Shown: positions 24,301 through 42,300 of the stretch, piece by piece
Position numbering within the stretch: the stretch's first letter is position 1
How the letters are laid out: each line of letters opens with the position of its first letter
DNA from: Eledone cirrhosa
Taxonomy: Eukaryota
Length of the DNA stretch: 64,000 nucleotides
Direction: 5' to 3'
Assembly (NCBI GenBank): GCA_964016885.1
Contig: OZ024744.1
Coordinates: 123,070,001-123,134,000 of the forward strand
Program-made: the position numbers and the translations under genes
Notes under the pieces: model-generated
Seen by the model: the letters and a program-made list of their open reading frames with translations, nothing else
Database searches by the model: none
What the model was told of the DNA's origin: nothing

Positions 24301-27300
24301 ACCAACATACCAACATACCAACACCCCAACATACCAACATGCCAACATACTAACATACCAAAATATCAACACACCAGCACAACGACATACCAACGTACCA
24401 ACATACCAACATACCAACACAGCAACACAACAACATATCAACATACCAATATACCTACATACCTACATACCATCATACCAACACACCTACATACCAACAA
24501 AACAACTTTACAACGTACCAACATACCAATATTCCAACAAACCAACAAACCAACAGACCAACGTACCAACATAAGAAAATACCATCATACCAACATACCA
24601 ACACACCAACATATCAACACACCAACATACCAACATACCAACACACCAACATACCGACATGCCAATATACCAACATACTAACACACCAACACACAATCAT
24701 ACCAACACACCAACATACCAACATACCAACATACCAACATACCAACACACCCACATATCAACAGAGCAACACACCAACATATCAAAAGACCAACACACAA
24801 ACATACCAACATATCAACACACCAACACACCAACATACCAACATAACAACATACCAACACACCAACATACCAACATAGCAACACACCAACACACCAACAT
24901 ACCAACATATCAACACACCAACACACCAACATACCAACATAACAACATACCAACATACCAACATACCAACACACCAACACACCAACATACCCACATACAA
25001 ACACACCAACATACCAACAAACCAACACACCAACGTAACAACATACGAGCATTCAAACTTATACCAACACACCACCATGCCAATGTAAGAACATACCAAC
25101 ATACCAACACACCAATGTACCAACAAACCAGTATACCAATATATCAACATACCAACATACCAACATACCATCATGCCAACACGCCAACATAAAAAACATA
25201 CCAACATACCAACATACCAACACACAAACATACCAACATACCAATACACCAACAGAGCAACATTCCAACATACCAACATACCAACATACCAACATACCAA
25301 CACACCAACATACCAACAAACCAACATACCAACATATCAACATACTAACACACCAACATACCATCATTCCAAATTACCAACACACTAACACACAAAAAAA
25401 ACAACGTACCAACATACCAACATACCATCATACCAACATACCAACATATCAACATACCAACATACAAACACAACAACACACCAACACACCAACATACCAA
25501 CATACCAACATACCAACACACCAACATACCAACACATCAACATACCAACACACCAACAAACCAACAAACCAACACACCAACTAACATCATTCCAACATAA
25601 CCACACTAACACACCAAAACAACAACGTACCAACATAACAACAAACCATCATACCAACATACCAACGTACCAACATGCCAACATAGCAACATACCACCAT
25701 ACCTACATACCAACATATCAACAAACCAACCAACATACCAACATTCCAACATAGAAACATACCAACATACCAACACACCAACATACCAACACACCAACAT
25801 ACCAACATACCAACATACCAACATACCAACTCACCCACATACTAACACACCAACATACCAACATATCAACATACTAACACACCAACACACCAACACGACC
25901 AACATACCAACATACCAACATACCAACTTACCAACACACCAACACCAAAACATACCAAGATACCAACATTACAAAATACCAACACACCAACGTAACAACA
26001 TACCAGCAGACCAACATATCAACATACCAACATACCAAAATACCAACACACCAACATACCAACATACCAACATACCAACACACCAACATACCAACACACC
26101 AATATACCAACATACCAACACACCAACACACAAACATACCATCATACTAACATACCAACATACCAACATACCAACACACCAACACAACAACACATAAACA
26201 TACCAAGACACCAACATACCAATATACCAACATTCCAACATACCAACATACCAACATACCAACACACAAACATAGCAACATTCCATCATACGAACACACC
26301 AACATACCACCATGCCAACACAGCAACATAACAACATACCGACACACAAGCATACAAGCATACCAGCATACCAACACACCAACATACCAACACCCCAACA
26401 TACCAACATGCCAACATACTAACATACCAAAATATCAACACACCAGCACAACGACATACCAACGTACCAACATACCAACACAGCAACACAACAACATATC
26501 AACATACCTACATACCTACATACCATTATACCAACACACCTACATACCAACAAAACAACTTTACAACGTACCAACATACCAATATTCCAACAAACCAACA
26601 GACCAACGTACCAACATAAGAAAATACCATCATACCAACATACCAACACACCAACATATTAACATACCAGCATACCAACATATCAACATACCGACATACA
26701 AACATACCAACAAACCAACATACTATCATACCAACATACCAACATACCAACACACCAACGTACGAACATACCAACATACCAACATACCAACAGAGCAACA
26801 TTCCGACATACCAACATACCAACATACCAACATACCAACACACCAACATACCAACAAACCAACATACCAACATATCAACATACTAACACACCAACATACC
26901 ATCATTCCAAATTACCAACACACTAACACACAAAAAAAACAACGTACCAACATACCAACATACCATCATACCAACATACCAACATATCAACATACCAACA
27001 TACAAACACAACAACACACCAACATACCAACATACCAACATACCAACACACCAACATACCAACACATCAACATACCAACACACCAACAAACCAACAAACC
27101 AACACACCAACTAACATCATTCCAACATAACCACACTAACACACCAAAACAACAACGTACCAACATAACAACAAACCATCATACCAACATACCAACGTAC
27201 CAACATGCCAACATAGCAACATACCACCATACCTACATACCAACATATCAACACACCAACCAACATACCAACATTCCAACATAGAAACATACCAACATAC

Positions 27301-30300
27301 CAACATACCAACATACCAACACACCAACATACCAACACACCAACATACCAACATACCAACATACCAACATACCAACATACCAACTCACCCACATACTAAC
27401 ACACCAACATACCAACATATCAACATACTAACACACCAACACACCAACATACCAACATACCAACATACCAACATACCAACTTACCAACACACCAACACCA
27501 AAACATACCAAGATACCAACATTACAAAATACCAACACACCAACGTAACAACATACCAGCAGACCAACATATCAACATACCAACATACCAAAATACCAAC
27601 ACACCAACATACCAACATACCAACATACCAACACACCAACACACCAATATACCAACATACCAACACACCAACACACAAACATACCATCATACTAACATAC
27701 CAACATACCAACATACCAACACACCAACACAACAACACATAAACATACCAAGACACCAACATACCAATATACCAACATTCCAACATACCAACATACCAAC
27801 ATACCAACACACAAACATAGCAACATTCCATCATACGAACACACCAACATACCACCATACCAACACAGCAACATACCAACATACCGACACACAAGCATAC
27901 AAGCATACCAGCATACCAACATACCGACACACAAGCATACAAGCATACCAGCATACCAACATACTAACATATCAAAATATCAACACACCAGCACAACGAC
28001 ATACCAATGTACCAACATACCAACATACCAACACAGCAACACAACAACATATCAACATACCAATATACCTACATACCTACATACCATCATACCAACACAC
28101 CTACATACCAACAAAACAACTTTACAATGTACCAACATACCAATATTCCAACAAACCAACAAACCAACAGACCAACGTACCAACATAAGAAAATACCATC
28201 ATACCAACATACCAACACACCAACATATTAACATACCAGCATACCAACATATCAACATACCGACATACAAACATACCAACAAACCAACATACTATCATAC
28301 CAACATACCAACATACCAACACACCAACGTACCAACATACCAACATACCAAAATCCAACACACCAACATACCAACATACCAACATACCAACATACCAACA
28401 CACCAACATACCAACACACCAACATACCAACATACCAACATACCAACATACCAACATACCAACATACCAACACACCCACATACTAACACACCAACATACC
28501 AACATATCAACATACTAACACACCAACATACCAACAGACCAACATACCAACTTACCAACACACCAACACCAGAAAATACCAAGATACCAACATTACAAAA
28601 TACCAACACACCAACGTAACAACATACCAGCAGACCAACATATCAACATACCAACATACCAAAATACCAACACACCAACATAACAACACATAAACATACC
28701 AAGACACCAACATACCAATATACCAACATTCCAACATACCAACATACCAACACACGAACATAGCAACATTCCATCATACGAACACACCAACATACCACCA
28801 TGCCAACACAGCAACATACCAACATACCAACACACAAGCATACAAGCATACCAGCATACCAACATAACAACATACCAACACCCCAGCATACCAACATGCC
28901 AACATACTAACATACCAAAATATCAACACACCAGCACAACGACATACCAACATACCAACATACCAACACACCAACACACCGACATACGAACATACCAACA
29001 TACCAACACAGCAACACAACAACATATCAACATACCAATATACCTACATACCTACATACCATCATACCAACACACCTACATACCAACAAAACAACTTTCC
29101 AACGTACCAACATACCAATATTCCAACAAACCAACAAACCAACACACCAACGTACCAACATAAGAAAATACCATCATACCAACATACCAACATTCCAACA
29201 TACCAACACACCAACGTATCAACATACCAGCATACCAACATATCAACATACCGACATACAAACATACCAACAAACCAACATACCATCATACCAACATACC
29301 ATCATACCAACATACCAACATACCAACAAACCAACACACCAACACAGCAACGTAACATACCAACACACCAACATACCAACATACCAATATACCAACATAC
29401 AAACACACCAACATACCAAAACACCAACACACCAACAAACCAACACGACAGCATACCAACATACCAAAATGCCAACATACCAACATGCCAACATACCAAC
29501 ACACAAACATACCAACACACCATCATACCAACACACCAATACACCAACACATCAACATACCATCATAGCAACACACCAACACACCAACATAGCAACAGAC
29601 TAACATACCAACATACCAACATGCCAACATACCAACATACCGACACCCGAACATACCAGCATAGCAAAAGACCAACACACCAACATACCAACATACTTAC
29701 GTACTAACATACCAACATACCAACATACAAACATACAAACATACTAACATAACAATTATACCAACATACCAACACACCAACATACCAAGATAGCAACATA
29801 CCAACAAACCAACATATCAACATACTAACACACCAACATACAAATATTCCAACACACCAACATACCAACCCACAAACATACCAAAACACCATCATACCAA
29901 CACATCAACATACCAACATACCAACGTACCAACACACCAATACACCAACATACCAACACACAAACATACCAACATGCTAACACACCAATATACCAACATA
30001 CCAACATGCCAACATACCAACATATCAACACACCAACATACCAACACACCAATATAACAACATATCAACATACTAACACACCAACATACAAACGTACTAA
30101 CATGCCAACATGCCAACATACCAACACACCAACATAACAACATATCAACAGACTAACACACCAACATACCAACATGCCAACACAGCAACATGCCAACACA
30201 CCAACATATCAACATTCCAACATACCAACATTCCATCATAAAAAAATACACCAACACACCAACATACCAAGATACAAAAATTCCAATATACCAGCATACC

Positions 30301-33300
30301 AACATACCATAGTACCAACACACCAACACACCTCCATACCAACAGATCAACATTCCAACAGACCGACATACCAACATTGCAACACACCTATATACCAATA
30401 TACCAACATACCAACATACCAACACAACATCACACCTAATGTATCAACATACCAACATTCCAACATACCAACTAACCAACATACCAACATAAGTACATAC
30501 CAACACACCAACATTCCAATATTCCAACATACCAACACACCAACGTACGAACATACCAGCATACCAACATACCAACATCCCAACATACCATCATACCAAC
30601 ATACCAACGTACCAACATACCAACAAACCAACATATCAACACACCAACATACCAACATATTAACATACCAACATACCAACATACCAGTATACCAACATAC
30701 CAACATTCCAACTTACCAAAATACCAACATACTAACACACAAATATAGCAACATTCCACATACCAACATACTTACATACCAACATACCAACATAGCAACA
30801 TAGCAAGACAGCAACATACCAACACACCAACACACCAACACACCAACATACCAACACACCAACACACCAACATACCAACATCTCAACATACCAACCAACA
30901 CACCAACATACCAACATAACAATAATTCCAACATATCAACATAGCAACATACCAACACACAAACATACCAACATTCCAACATACCAACACACCAGCAAAC
31001 CAGCATACCAACATAATTACATACCAACATACCAACATATCAACATATCAACACACCAACATACCAACATACAAACACGCCAACATACTAACATAGCAAC
31101 ACACCAACATACTCACATAGCAACACACCAACATACCAACATTCCAACATACAAACACACCAACACACCAACATACCAACATACAAACACACCAACATAC
31201 TAACATAGCAACGCACTAACATACCAACATACCAACATTCCAACATACCAAAATTCCATCATACAAACACACCAACAAACCAACATACCAAGATACCAAC
31301 ATTCCAAAATACCAACACACCAGCATACCAGCATACCAACATACCAACATAACAACATACCAACACACCAACATACTAATATACCAAAATTCCAACATAC
31401 CAACATTCCAACATACCAACGTACTAACACACCAACATATCAACATACCATAATACCAACACACCAACACACTAACATATCAACATATTAACACACCAAC
31501 CTACCAACATACCAACATGCCAACACACTAACACACATTTATACCAAGACAACAATATTCCAACATACCAACATACCAACATACCAACATACTAACACAC
31601 CAACACACCAACATACCAACATACCAACATACCCACATACCAACAAACCAACATACCAACGTACGAACACACCAACATACCAACATACCAACACACCAAC
31701 ATAACAACATAACAACATACCAACTCACCAACACACAATCATACCAAGACACCAACACACCCACATACCAACAAACCAACATACCAACGTACGAACACAC
31801 TTACACATCAACATAACAACATACCAACATATAACACAGCAACATACTAACATGCCAACACACCAAAATACCACCATACCAACATCCCAACATTCCAACA
31901 TACCAACATACCATCATACCCACACACCAACACACCAACAATCCAACATACCAACATTCCAAAATAACAACATACCAAGATACCAACATACTTACATACC
32001 AACATACCAACATACAAACATACCAACATACCAACACACCATCATACGATCATACAAACATACCAACATACAAACACACAAACACACCAAAATACAACAT
32101 ACCAACAAACCAACCCACCAACACAACAGCATACCAACGTAACAACATACCAACATACCAACATATTAACCTACCAACATACAAACATACCAACATAGAA
32201 ACATACCAACACACCAACATTCCAACATACCAACAAACCAACATACCAGCATACCCACATAGAAACATACCAACGCACCAACATACCAACATACCATCAT
32301 ACCAACACACCAACATTCCAAAATACCAACATACCAACATACCAACATACCAACATACCCACATAGAAACATACCAACACACAGACATACCAACACACAG
32401 ACATACCAACATACGAACATACTAACACACCAACATAGCAATATACCAACATACCAAAATTCCAACATACCGACACACAAACACATCAACATACCAGCAT
32501 ACCAACATACCAACACACCAACACACCAACATACCAACACACCCACATACCAACATACCAACACACAAACATACCAACACAGCTACATACCAACATAAGA
32601 ACATACCAACATACCAACATACCAACACACCAACGTACCTACATACCAACACACCAACACACCGACATACCAACATACCAACACACCAACAAACCAACAT
32701 ACCAACATAGCAACAGACCAACATACTAACACACAAACATACCAACATTCCAACATATGCATATACCATCATACCAACACACCAACACACCAACACACCA
32801 ACACACCAACATACCAACATATGAACATACTAACACATCAATATACCAACACACCAACATACCAACATACCAACATACCAACCTACCAACATACCAACAT
32901 ACCAACACACCAACACCAAAACATACCAAGATACCAACATTACAAAATACCAACATTCTAGTATACCAACACACCAACGTAACAACATACCAGCAGACCA
33001 ACATATCAACATACCAATATACATAAATACCAACACACCAACATAACAACATACAAAATTACCATCATACCAACATACCAACATGCCAACACACCAATAC
33101 ACCAACATACCAACACACCAAAACACCAACACACAAACACCATCATACTAACATACCAACATACCAACATACCAACACACCAACACAACAACACATTAAC
33201 ATACCAAGACACCAACATACCAATATACCAACATTCCAACATACCAACATACCAACATACCAACACACAAACATAGCAACATTCCAACATACGATCACAC

Positions 33301-36300
33301 CAACATACCACCATACCAACACAGCAACATACCAGCATACCAACATACCACGATACCAACACGCCAACATACCAACTTACTTACATACCAACATACCAAA
33401 ATACCGACATACAAACATACCAACATACCAATACAACAACATACTAACACACCAACATACCAACATACTAACACACCAATATACCAACATACCAATATAC
33501 CAACACACCAACAAATCAACATAGCAACACACCAACATACCAACATATCATCATACAAACACACCAACACACCAACGTACATAGATACCAACATTCCAAA
33601 ATACCAACACACAAGCATACCAGCATACCAACATACCAACATACCAACACCCCAACATACCAACATGCCAACATACTAACATACCAAAATATCAACACAC
33701 CAGCACAACAACATACCAACATACCAACATAACAACATACCAACATACCAACACACCAACATACCAACATACCAACATACCAACACACCAACACAACAAC
33801 ATATCAACTTACCAATATACCTACATACCTACATACCAACAAAACAACTTTCCAACGTACCAACATACCAATATTCCAACAAAACAACAAACAAACACAC
33901 CAACGTACCAACATACCAGCATACCAACATATCAACATACCAACATACGAACATACCAACAAACCAACATACCATCATACCAACATACCAACATACCAAC
34001 AAACCAACGTACCAACATACCAACATACAATCATACCAACATACAAACATACCAACATACCAACATACAAACATACAAACATACCAACACACCAACATAC
34101 CAACATACCAACACACCAACACACCAACACAGCAACATACCAACATACCAACACACCAACATACCAACATACCAATATACCAACATACAAACATACCAAC
34201 ATACCAACACACCAACACACCAACATACCAAAACACAAACACACCAACAAACCAACACACCAACACGACGGCATGCCAACATACAAAATGCCAACATACC
34301 AACATACCAACACACAAACATACCAACACACCATCATACCAACACACCGATACACCAACACATTAACATACCATCATACCAACACACCAACACACCAACA
34401 TAGCAACAGACTAACATACAAAAATACCAACATACCAACACACCAACATACCAACATACCAATATACCAACATACAAACATACCAACATAACAACACACC
34501 AACACACCAACATACCAAAACATCAACACACCAACAAACCAACACACCAACACGACAGCATACCAACACACCAACACACCAACACACCAAAAATCCAACA
34601 TACCAACATTCCAAACTAACAACATACCAAGATACCAAGATACCAACATACTTACATACCAACATACCAACATACCAAAACACCAACATACCATCATACG
34701 ATCAAACAAACATACCATCATACCAACTCACCAACACACCAAAATACAACATACCAACAAACCAACACACCAACACACCAGCATACCAACATACCAACAT
34801 ATCAATAAACCAACATACCATCATACCAACATACCAACATACCAACACACCAACACACCAACGTACCAACATACCAACATACCATCATACCAACATAGCA
34901 ACATACCAACATACAAACATACCAACATACAAACATACAAACATACCAACACACCAACATACCAACACACCAACACAGCAACATACCAACATACCAACAC
35001 ACCAACATACCGACATACCAATATACCAACATACAAACATACCAACATAACAACACACCAACACACCAACATACCAAAACATCAACACACCAACAAACCA
35101 ACACACCAACACGACAGCATACCAACATACCAAAATGCCAACATACCAACACACAAACATACCAACACACCATCATACCAACACACCAATACACCAACAC
35201 ATCAACATACCATCATACCAACACACCAACATAGCAACAGACTAACATACCAACATACCAACATGCCAACATACCAACATACCAACACCCGAACATACCA
35301 ACATAGCAAAAGACCAACACACCAACATACCAACATACTTACATACTAACATACCAACATACCAACATACAAACATACCAACATACCAACACACCAACAT
35401 ACCAACATACCAACATAACAATTATACCAACATACCAACACACCATAATACCAAAATAGCAACATACCATCATACCAACAAATCAACATATCAACATACT
35501 AACACACCAATATACAAACATTCCAACACACCAACATACCAACCCACAAACATACCAACACACTAACACATCAACATACCAACACACCAACGTACCAACA
35601 TACCAATACACCAACATACCAACACACAAACATACCAACATGCTAACACACCAATATACCAACATACGAACATACCAACATATCAACAAACCACATACCA
35701 ACACACCAATATGACAACATATCAACATACTAACACACCAACATAAAAACATACTAACATGCCAACATACCAAAATACCAACACACCAACATGCCAACAT
35801 ACCAACATAGCAACACACCAACATACACACATACCAACATTCCAACATACCAACATTCCATCATACAAACACACCAACACACCAACATACCAACAGATCA
35901 ACATTCCAACACACCAACATACCAACGTTGCAACACACCAATATAACAATATACCAACATACCAACATACCAACACAACGACACACCTAATATACCAACA
36001 TTCCAACCTACCAACTAACCAACATACCAACATAAGTACATACCAACACACCAACATTCCAATGTTCCAACATACCAACACACAAACGTACCAACATACC
36101 AGCATACCAACATACCAACATACCATCATTCCAACATACCAACACACTAACACACCAACACACCAACATACCAACATACTTAAATACCAACATACCAACA
36201 TATCAACATAGCAACACAGCAACATACCAACACAGCAACACACCAACATACCAACATACCAACATACTAACACACCAACACACCAACATACCAACATCTC

Positions 36301-39300
36301 AACATACCAACCAACACACCAACATACCAACATAACAACATTCCAACATACCAACACACCAACATACCAACATCTCAACATACCAACCAACACACCAACA
36401 TACCAACATTCCAACATACCAACATACCAACATTCCAAAATACCAACACACCAACATACCAGCATACCAACATAATTACATACCAACATACAAACATACC
36501 AACATACCAACACACCAACATGCCAACATACCAACATACAAACACACCAACATACTAACATAGCAACATAGCAACACACTAACATACCAACATACCAACA
36601 TACCAACATATCAACATTCCATCATACAAACACACCAGCATACCAGCATACCATCATACCAACACACCAACATACCAATATACCAACATTCGAACATACT
36701 AACATTCCAACATACCAACGTACTAACACACCAACATACCAACATACCATAATACCAACACACCAACACACTAACATACCAACATAACAACAGACCAACA
36801 CACCAACACACCAACATAACAACATACCAACATACCAATATACCAACACACCAACATACCAAGATACCAACATTCCAAAATACAAACACACCAGCATACC
36901 AGCATACCATCATACCAACACACCAACATACCAATATACCAAAATTCGAACATACTAACATTCCAACATACCAACGTACTAACACACCAACATACCATAA
37001 TACCAACACACCAACACATTAACATACCAACATAACAACAGACCAACACACCAACACACCAACATACCAACATAACAACATACCAACATACCAACACTCC
37101 AACACACCAACATACCAATAAACCAATATACCAACAATCCAACACACCAACATACCAACATAACAACATACCAACATACCAACACCCCAACACACCAACA
37201 TACCAATAAACCTATATACCAACATACCAACATCAGTACATACCCACACACCAACATACCAACATCCCAACATACCAACGTACCAACATACCAACAAACC
37301 AATATATCAACACACCAACATACCAACATACCAACATACCAACATAGCAATGTACCAACACACCAACACACCAACGCACCAAGACAAGAACATACAAACA
37401 TACCAACATACCAACATACCAACATACCAACACACCAATTTACCAATATACCAACATACCAACATTCCAACTTACCAACATACCAACATACTAACACATA
37501 AACATAGCAACATTCCAACAGACCAACACACCACTATGCAACATTCCAACACACCAACATACCAACATACCAACATACCAACACACAAACATACCAACAT
37601 ACTTACGTACCAACATACCGACACACCAACATACCAACACACTAACATACCAACACACCAACATACCAACATACCAACGTACCAATATACCTGCATACCA
37701 ACATACCAACAGACCAAAATACCATCGTTCCAAAATACAAACACACCAACACACCAATGTACCAACATACCAACATACCATCATACCAACATACCAACAT
37801 ACCAACATACCAACACGCCAACATACCAACACACCAACATACCAACATACCAACATACCAACACACCAACACACCAACACACCAACATACCAACATACTA
37901 ACATACCAACATACCAACATACCAATATACCAAGACACAAACATACTAACACACCATCATACCAACACACCAACACACAAACACATCAACCTACCAACAT
38001 ACCAACACACGAACACACCAACATACCAACACACCAACATACCAACATACTAACATACCAACATACTAACATAGCAACATACCAACATAAGAACATACCA
38101 ACACACCAACATACCAACATATCAACTTACTAACACACCAACCTACCAACATACCAACATACCAACACTCCAACACACAATCATACCAAGACACCAACAT
38201 ACCAACATACCTACATACCAACACACCAACACACCAACATACAGACACACAAACATACCAACATTCCAACATACGAACACAACAACATGCCAACATACCA
38301 ACACACCAACACACCAACATACCCACATACCAACAGACCAACATACCAACATATGAAGATACTAACATATCAAGGTACCAACATACCAACATATAACACA
38401 ACAACATACCAACATAGCAACATACCAACATACCAACATACCCACATACCAACACACCAAAATACCAACATAACAACAGACCAACATTCCAAAATAACAA
38501 CATACCAAGATACCAAAATACCAACATACTTACATACCAACATACCAACATACAGACATACCAACAAACCAACACACCAACACACCAGCATACCAAAAAA
38601 CCAACATTCCAAAATACCAACATGCCAACATACCAACATACTAACCTACCAACATACCAACATACCAACATACCAAGATACCAACATACCAACACACCAA
38701 CATACCATCATACCAACACATCAACATTCCAAAATACCAAGATACCAAGATACCAACATACCAACATACTTACATACCAACATACCAACATACAAACATA
38801 CCAACATACCAACACACCAACATACCAACACACCAACATACCAACATTGCAACAGACCAACATACCAACATACCATCATTCCAAAATTCCAACACACTAC
38901 TATACCAACATACAAACACACCAACATACCAACATACCAACATACCAACACACCAACATACCAACACACCAACATACCAACTTAGCAACATATCAACATA
39001 CAAACACACCAACATAACAACATAACAACATACCAACTCACCAACACACTAACATACCAACATAACAACAGACCAACACACCAATACACCAACATACCAA
39101 CATACCAACATCAGTACATAACCACACACCAACATACCAACACACCAATATACCAACACACCAACACACCAACATACCAACATACAAACATACCAACATA
39201 CCAACACACCAACACACCAACATACCAACATACTAACATACCAACATACCAACACACCAACACACCAACACACCAACATAACAACATAACAACATACCAA

Positions 39301-42300
39301 CTCACCAACACACAATCATACCAAGACACCAACATACCCACATACCAACAAACCAACATACCAACGTACGAACACACTTACACATCAACATAACAACTTA
39401 CCAACATATAACACAGCAACATACTAACATACCAACACACCAAAATACCACCATACCAACATCCCAACTTTCCAACATACCAACATACCATCATACCCAC
39501 ACACCAACACACCAACAATCCAACATACCAACATTCCAAAATAACAACATACCAAGATACCAAGATACCAACATACTTACATACAAACATACCAACATAC
39601 CAACACACCAACATACCACCATACGATCATACAAACATACCAACATACCAACACACCAACACACCAAAATACAACATACCAACAAACCAACACACCAACA
39701 CACCAGCATACCAACATACCAACATACCAACATTCCAAAATACCAACATACCAACATACCAACATATTAACCTACCGACATACAAACATACCAACATAGC
39801 AACATACCAACACACCAACACACCAACATACCAACACACCAACATACCAACACACCAACATTCCAAAATACCAACATACCAACATACCAACATACCCACA
39901 TAGAAACATACCAACGCACAACATACCAACATACCAACATACGAACATACCAACACATCAACATACCAATATACCTACATACCAAAGTTCCAACATACCA
40001 ACATACCGACATACCAATATGCCAGCATACCAACACACCAACATACCAACATACCAACATACCCACATATCAACACACCAACACACCAACATACCAACAT
40101 ACCAACATACCAACACACCAACACACCAACATACCATCACACCCACATACCAGCACACCCACATACAAACATACCAACATACCAACACACAAATATACCA
40201 ACACATCAACATACCAACACACCAACATATCAACACAACAACATACCAACATACCAACATACTAACACACTAACACACCCACATACCAACTTACCAATAT
40301 TCCAACATACAAACATACCAACATACCAACACAGCAACATACCAACATAAGAACATACCAACATACTAACACACCAACATACAAACACACCAACATACCT
40401 ACATACCAACACATCAACACACCAACATGCCAACATACCAACACACCAGATACCAACACACCAACACACAATCATACCAAGATACCAACATAGCAACAGA
40501 CCAGCATACCAACACACAAGCATACCAACATTCCAACGTACGAACACACCAACACACCAACATTCCATCATACCAACATACCAAGATACCAACATACCAA
40601 CAAACCACCATACGAACATACTTAGATAGCAACATTCCAACAAAACAACATACCAACATACCAACACTCCAACACGCCATCATACCAACATACTAATATA
40701 CCAACATACCAACATACCAACATACCAACACATCAACATATCAACATACCAACATACAGACATACCAACATACCAACATACCAAAACACCAACACCAAAA
40801 TACAACATACGAACAAACAAACAAACCAACACACCAGCATACCAACATACCAACATTCCAACATACCAACACAAAAACATACCAGCACACCATCATACCA
40901 ACACAACAACACACCAACACACCAACATACCAACACACCAACACGCCAACATAAGAGCATACCAACATACCAACATTCCAACATACCAACATACCAACAT
41001 TCCAACATACCAACATACCAACATACCAACATACCAACATACCAACATACCATAATACCAACACACCAACACACACACCAACATACCAACATACCAACAT
41101 ACCAATATACCAAGATACCAACATACCAACATTCCAACATACCAACATACCAACATACCAACACACCAACAAATCAACATACCAACATACCAACATATCA
41201 ACACATCAACACACCAACATACCAACATACCAACATACGAAGGCACTAACACACCAACATTCCAACATACCAACGTACCAACATACCATCACACCAACGT
41301 ACCAAAATACCAGCATACCAACATATCAACATACCAATATACCAACATACCAACACACCAACATACCATCATACCAGCATACCAACATACCAACACACCA
41401 ACATACCAACCTACCAAAACTCATCATTCCAACTTACCAACACACCATCACAGCAACACAACAACAAACCAACACATCAACATACCAACACACCAACATA
41501 CCAATACACCAACATCCCAACATACCAATACCATACCAACATCCCAACATACCATACGAACATACTTAGATAGCAACATTCCAACAAAACAACATACCAA
41601 CATACCAACACTCCAACACGCCATCATACCAACATACTAATATACCAACATACCAACATACCAACATACCAACACATCAACATATCAACATACCAACATA
41701 CAGACATACCAACATACCAACACAGCAACATACCAACATACCAAAACACCAACACCAAAATACAACATACGAACAAACAAACAAACCAACACACCAGCAT
41801 ACCAACATACCAACATTCCAACATACCAACACAAAAACATACCAGCACACCATCATACCAACACAACAACACACCAACACACCAACATACCAACACACCA
41901 ACACGCCAACATAAGAGCATACCAACATACCAACATTCCAACATACCAACATACCAACATTCCAACATACCAACATACCAACATACCAACATACCAACAT
42001 ACCAACATACCATAATACCAACACACCAACACACACACCAACATACCAACATACCAACATACCAATATACCAAGATACCATCATACCAACATTCCAACAT
42101 ACCAATATACCAACATACCAACACACCAACAAATCAACATACCAACATACCAACATATCAACACATCAACACACCAACATACCAACATACCAACATACGA
42201 AGGCACTAACACACCAACATTCCAACATACCAACGTACCAACATAGCAATATTCCAACATACCATCACACCAACGTACCAAAATACCAGCATACCAACAT

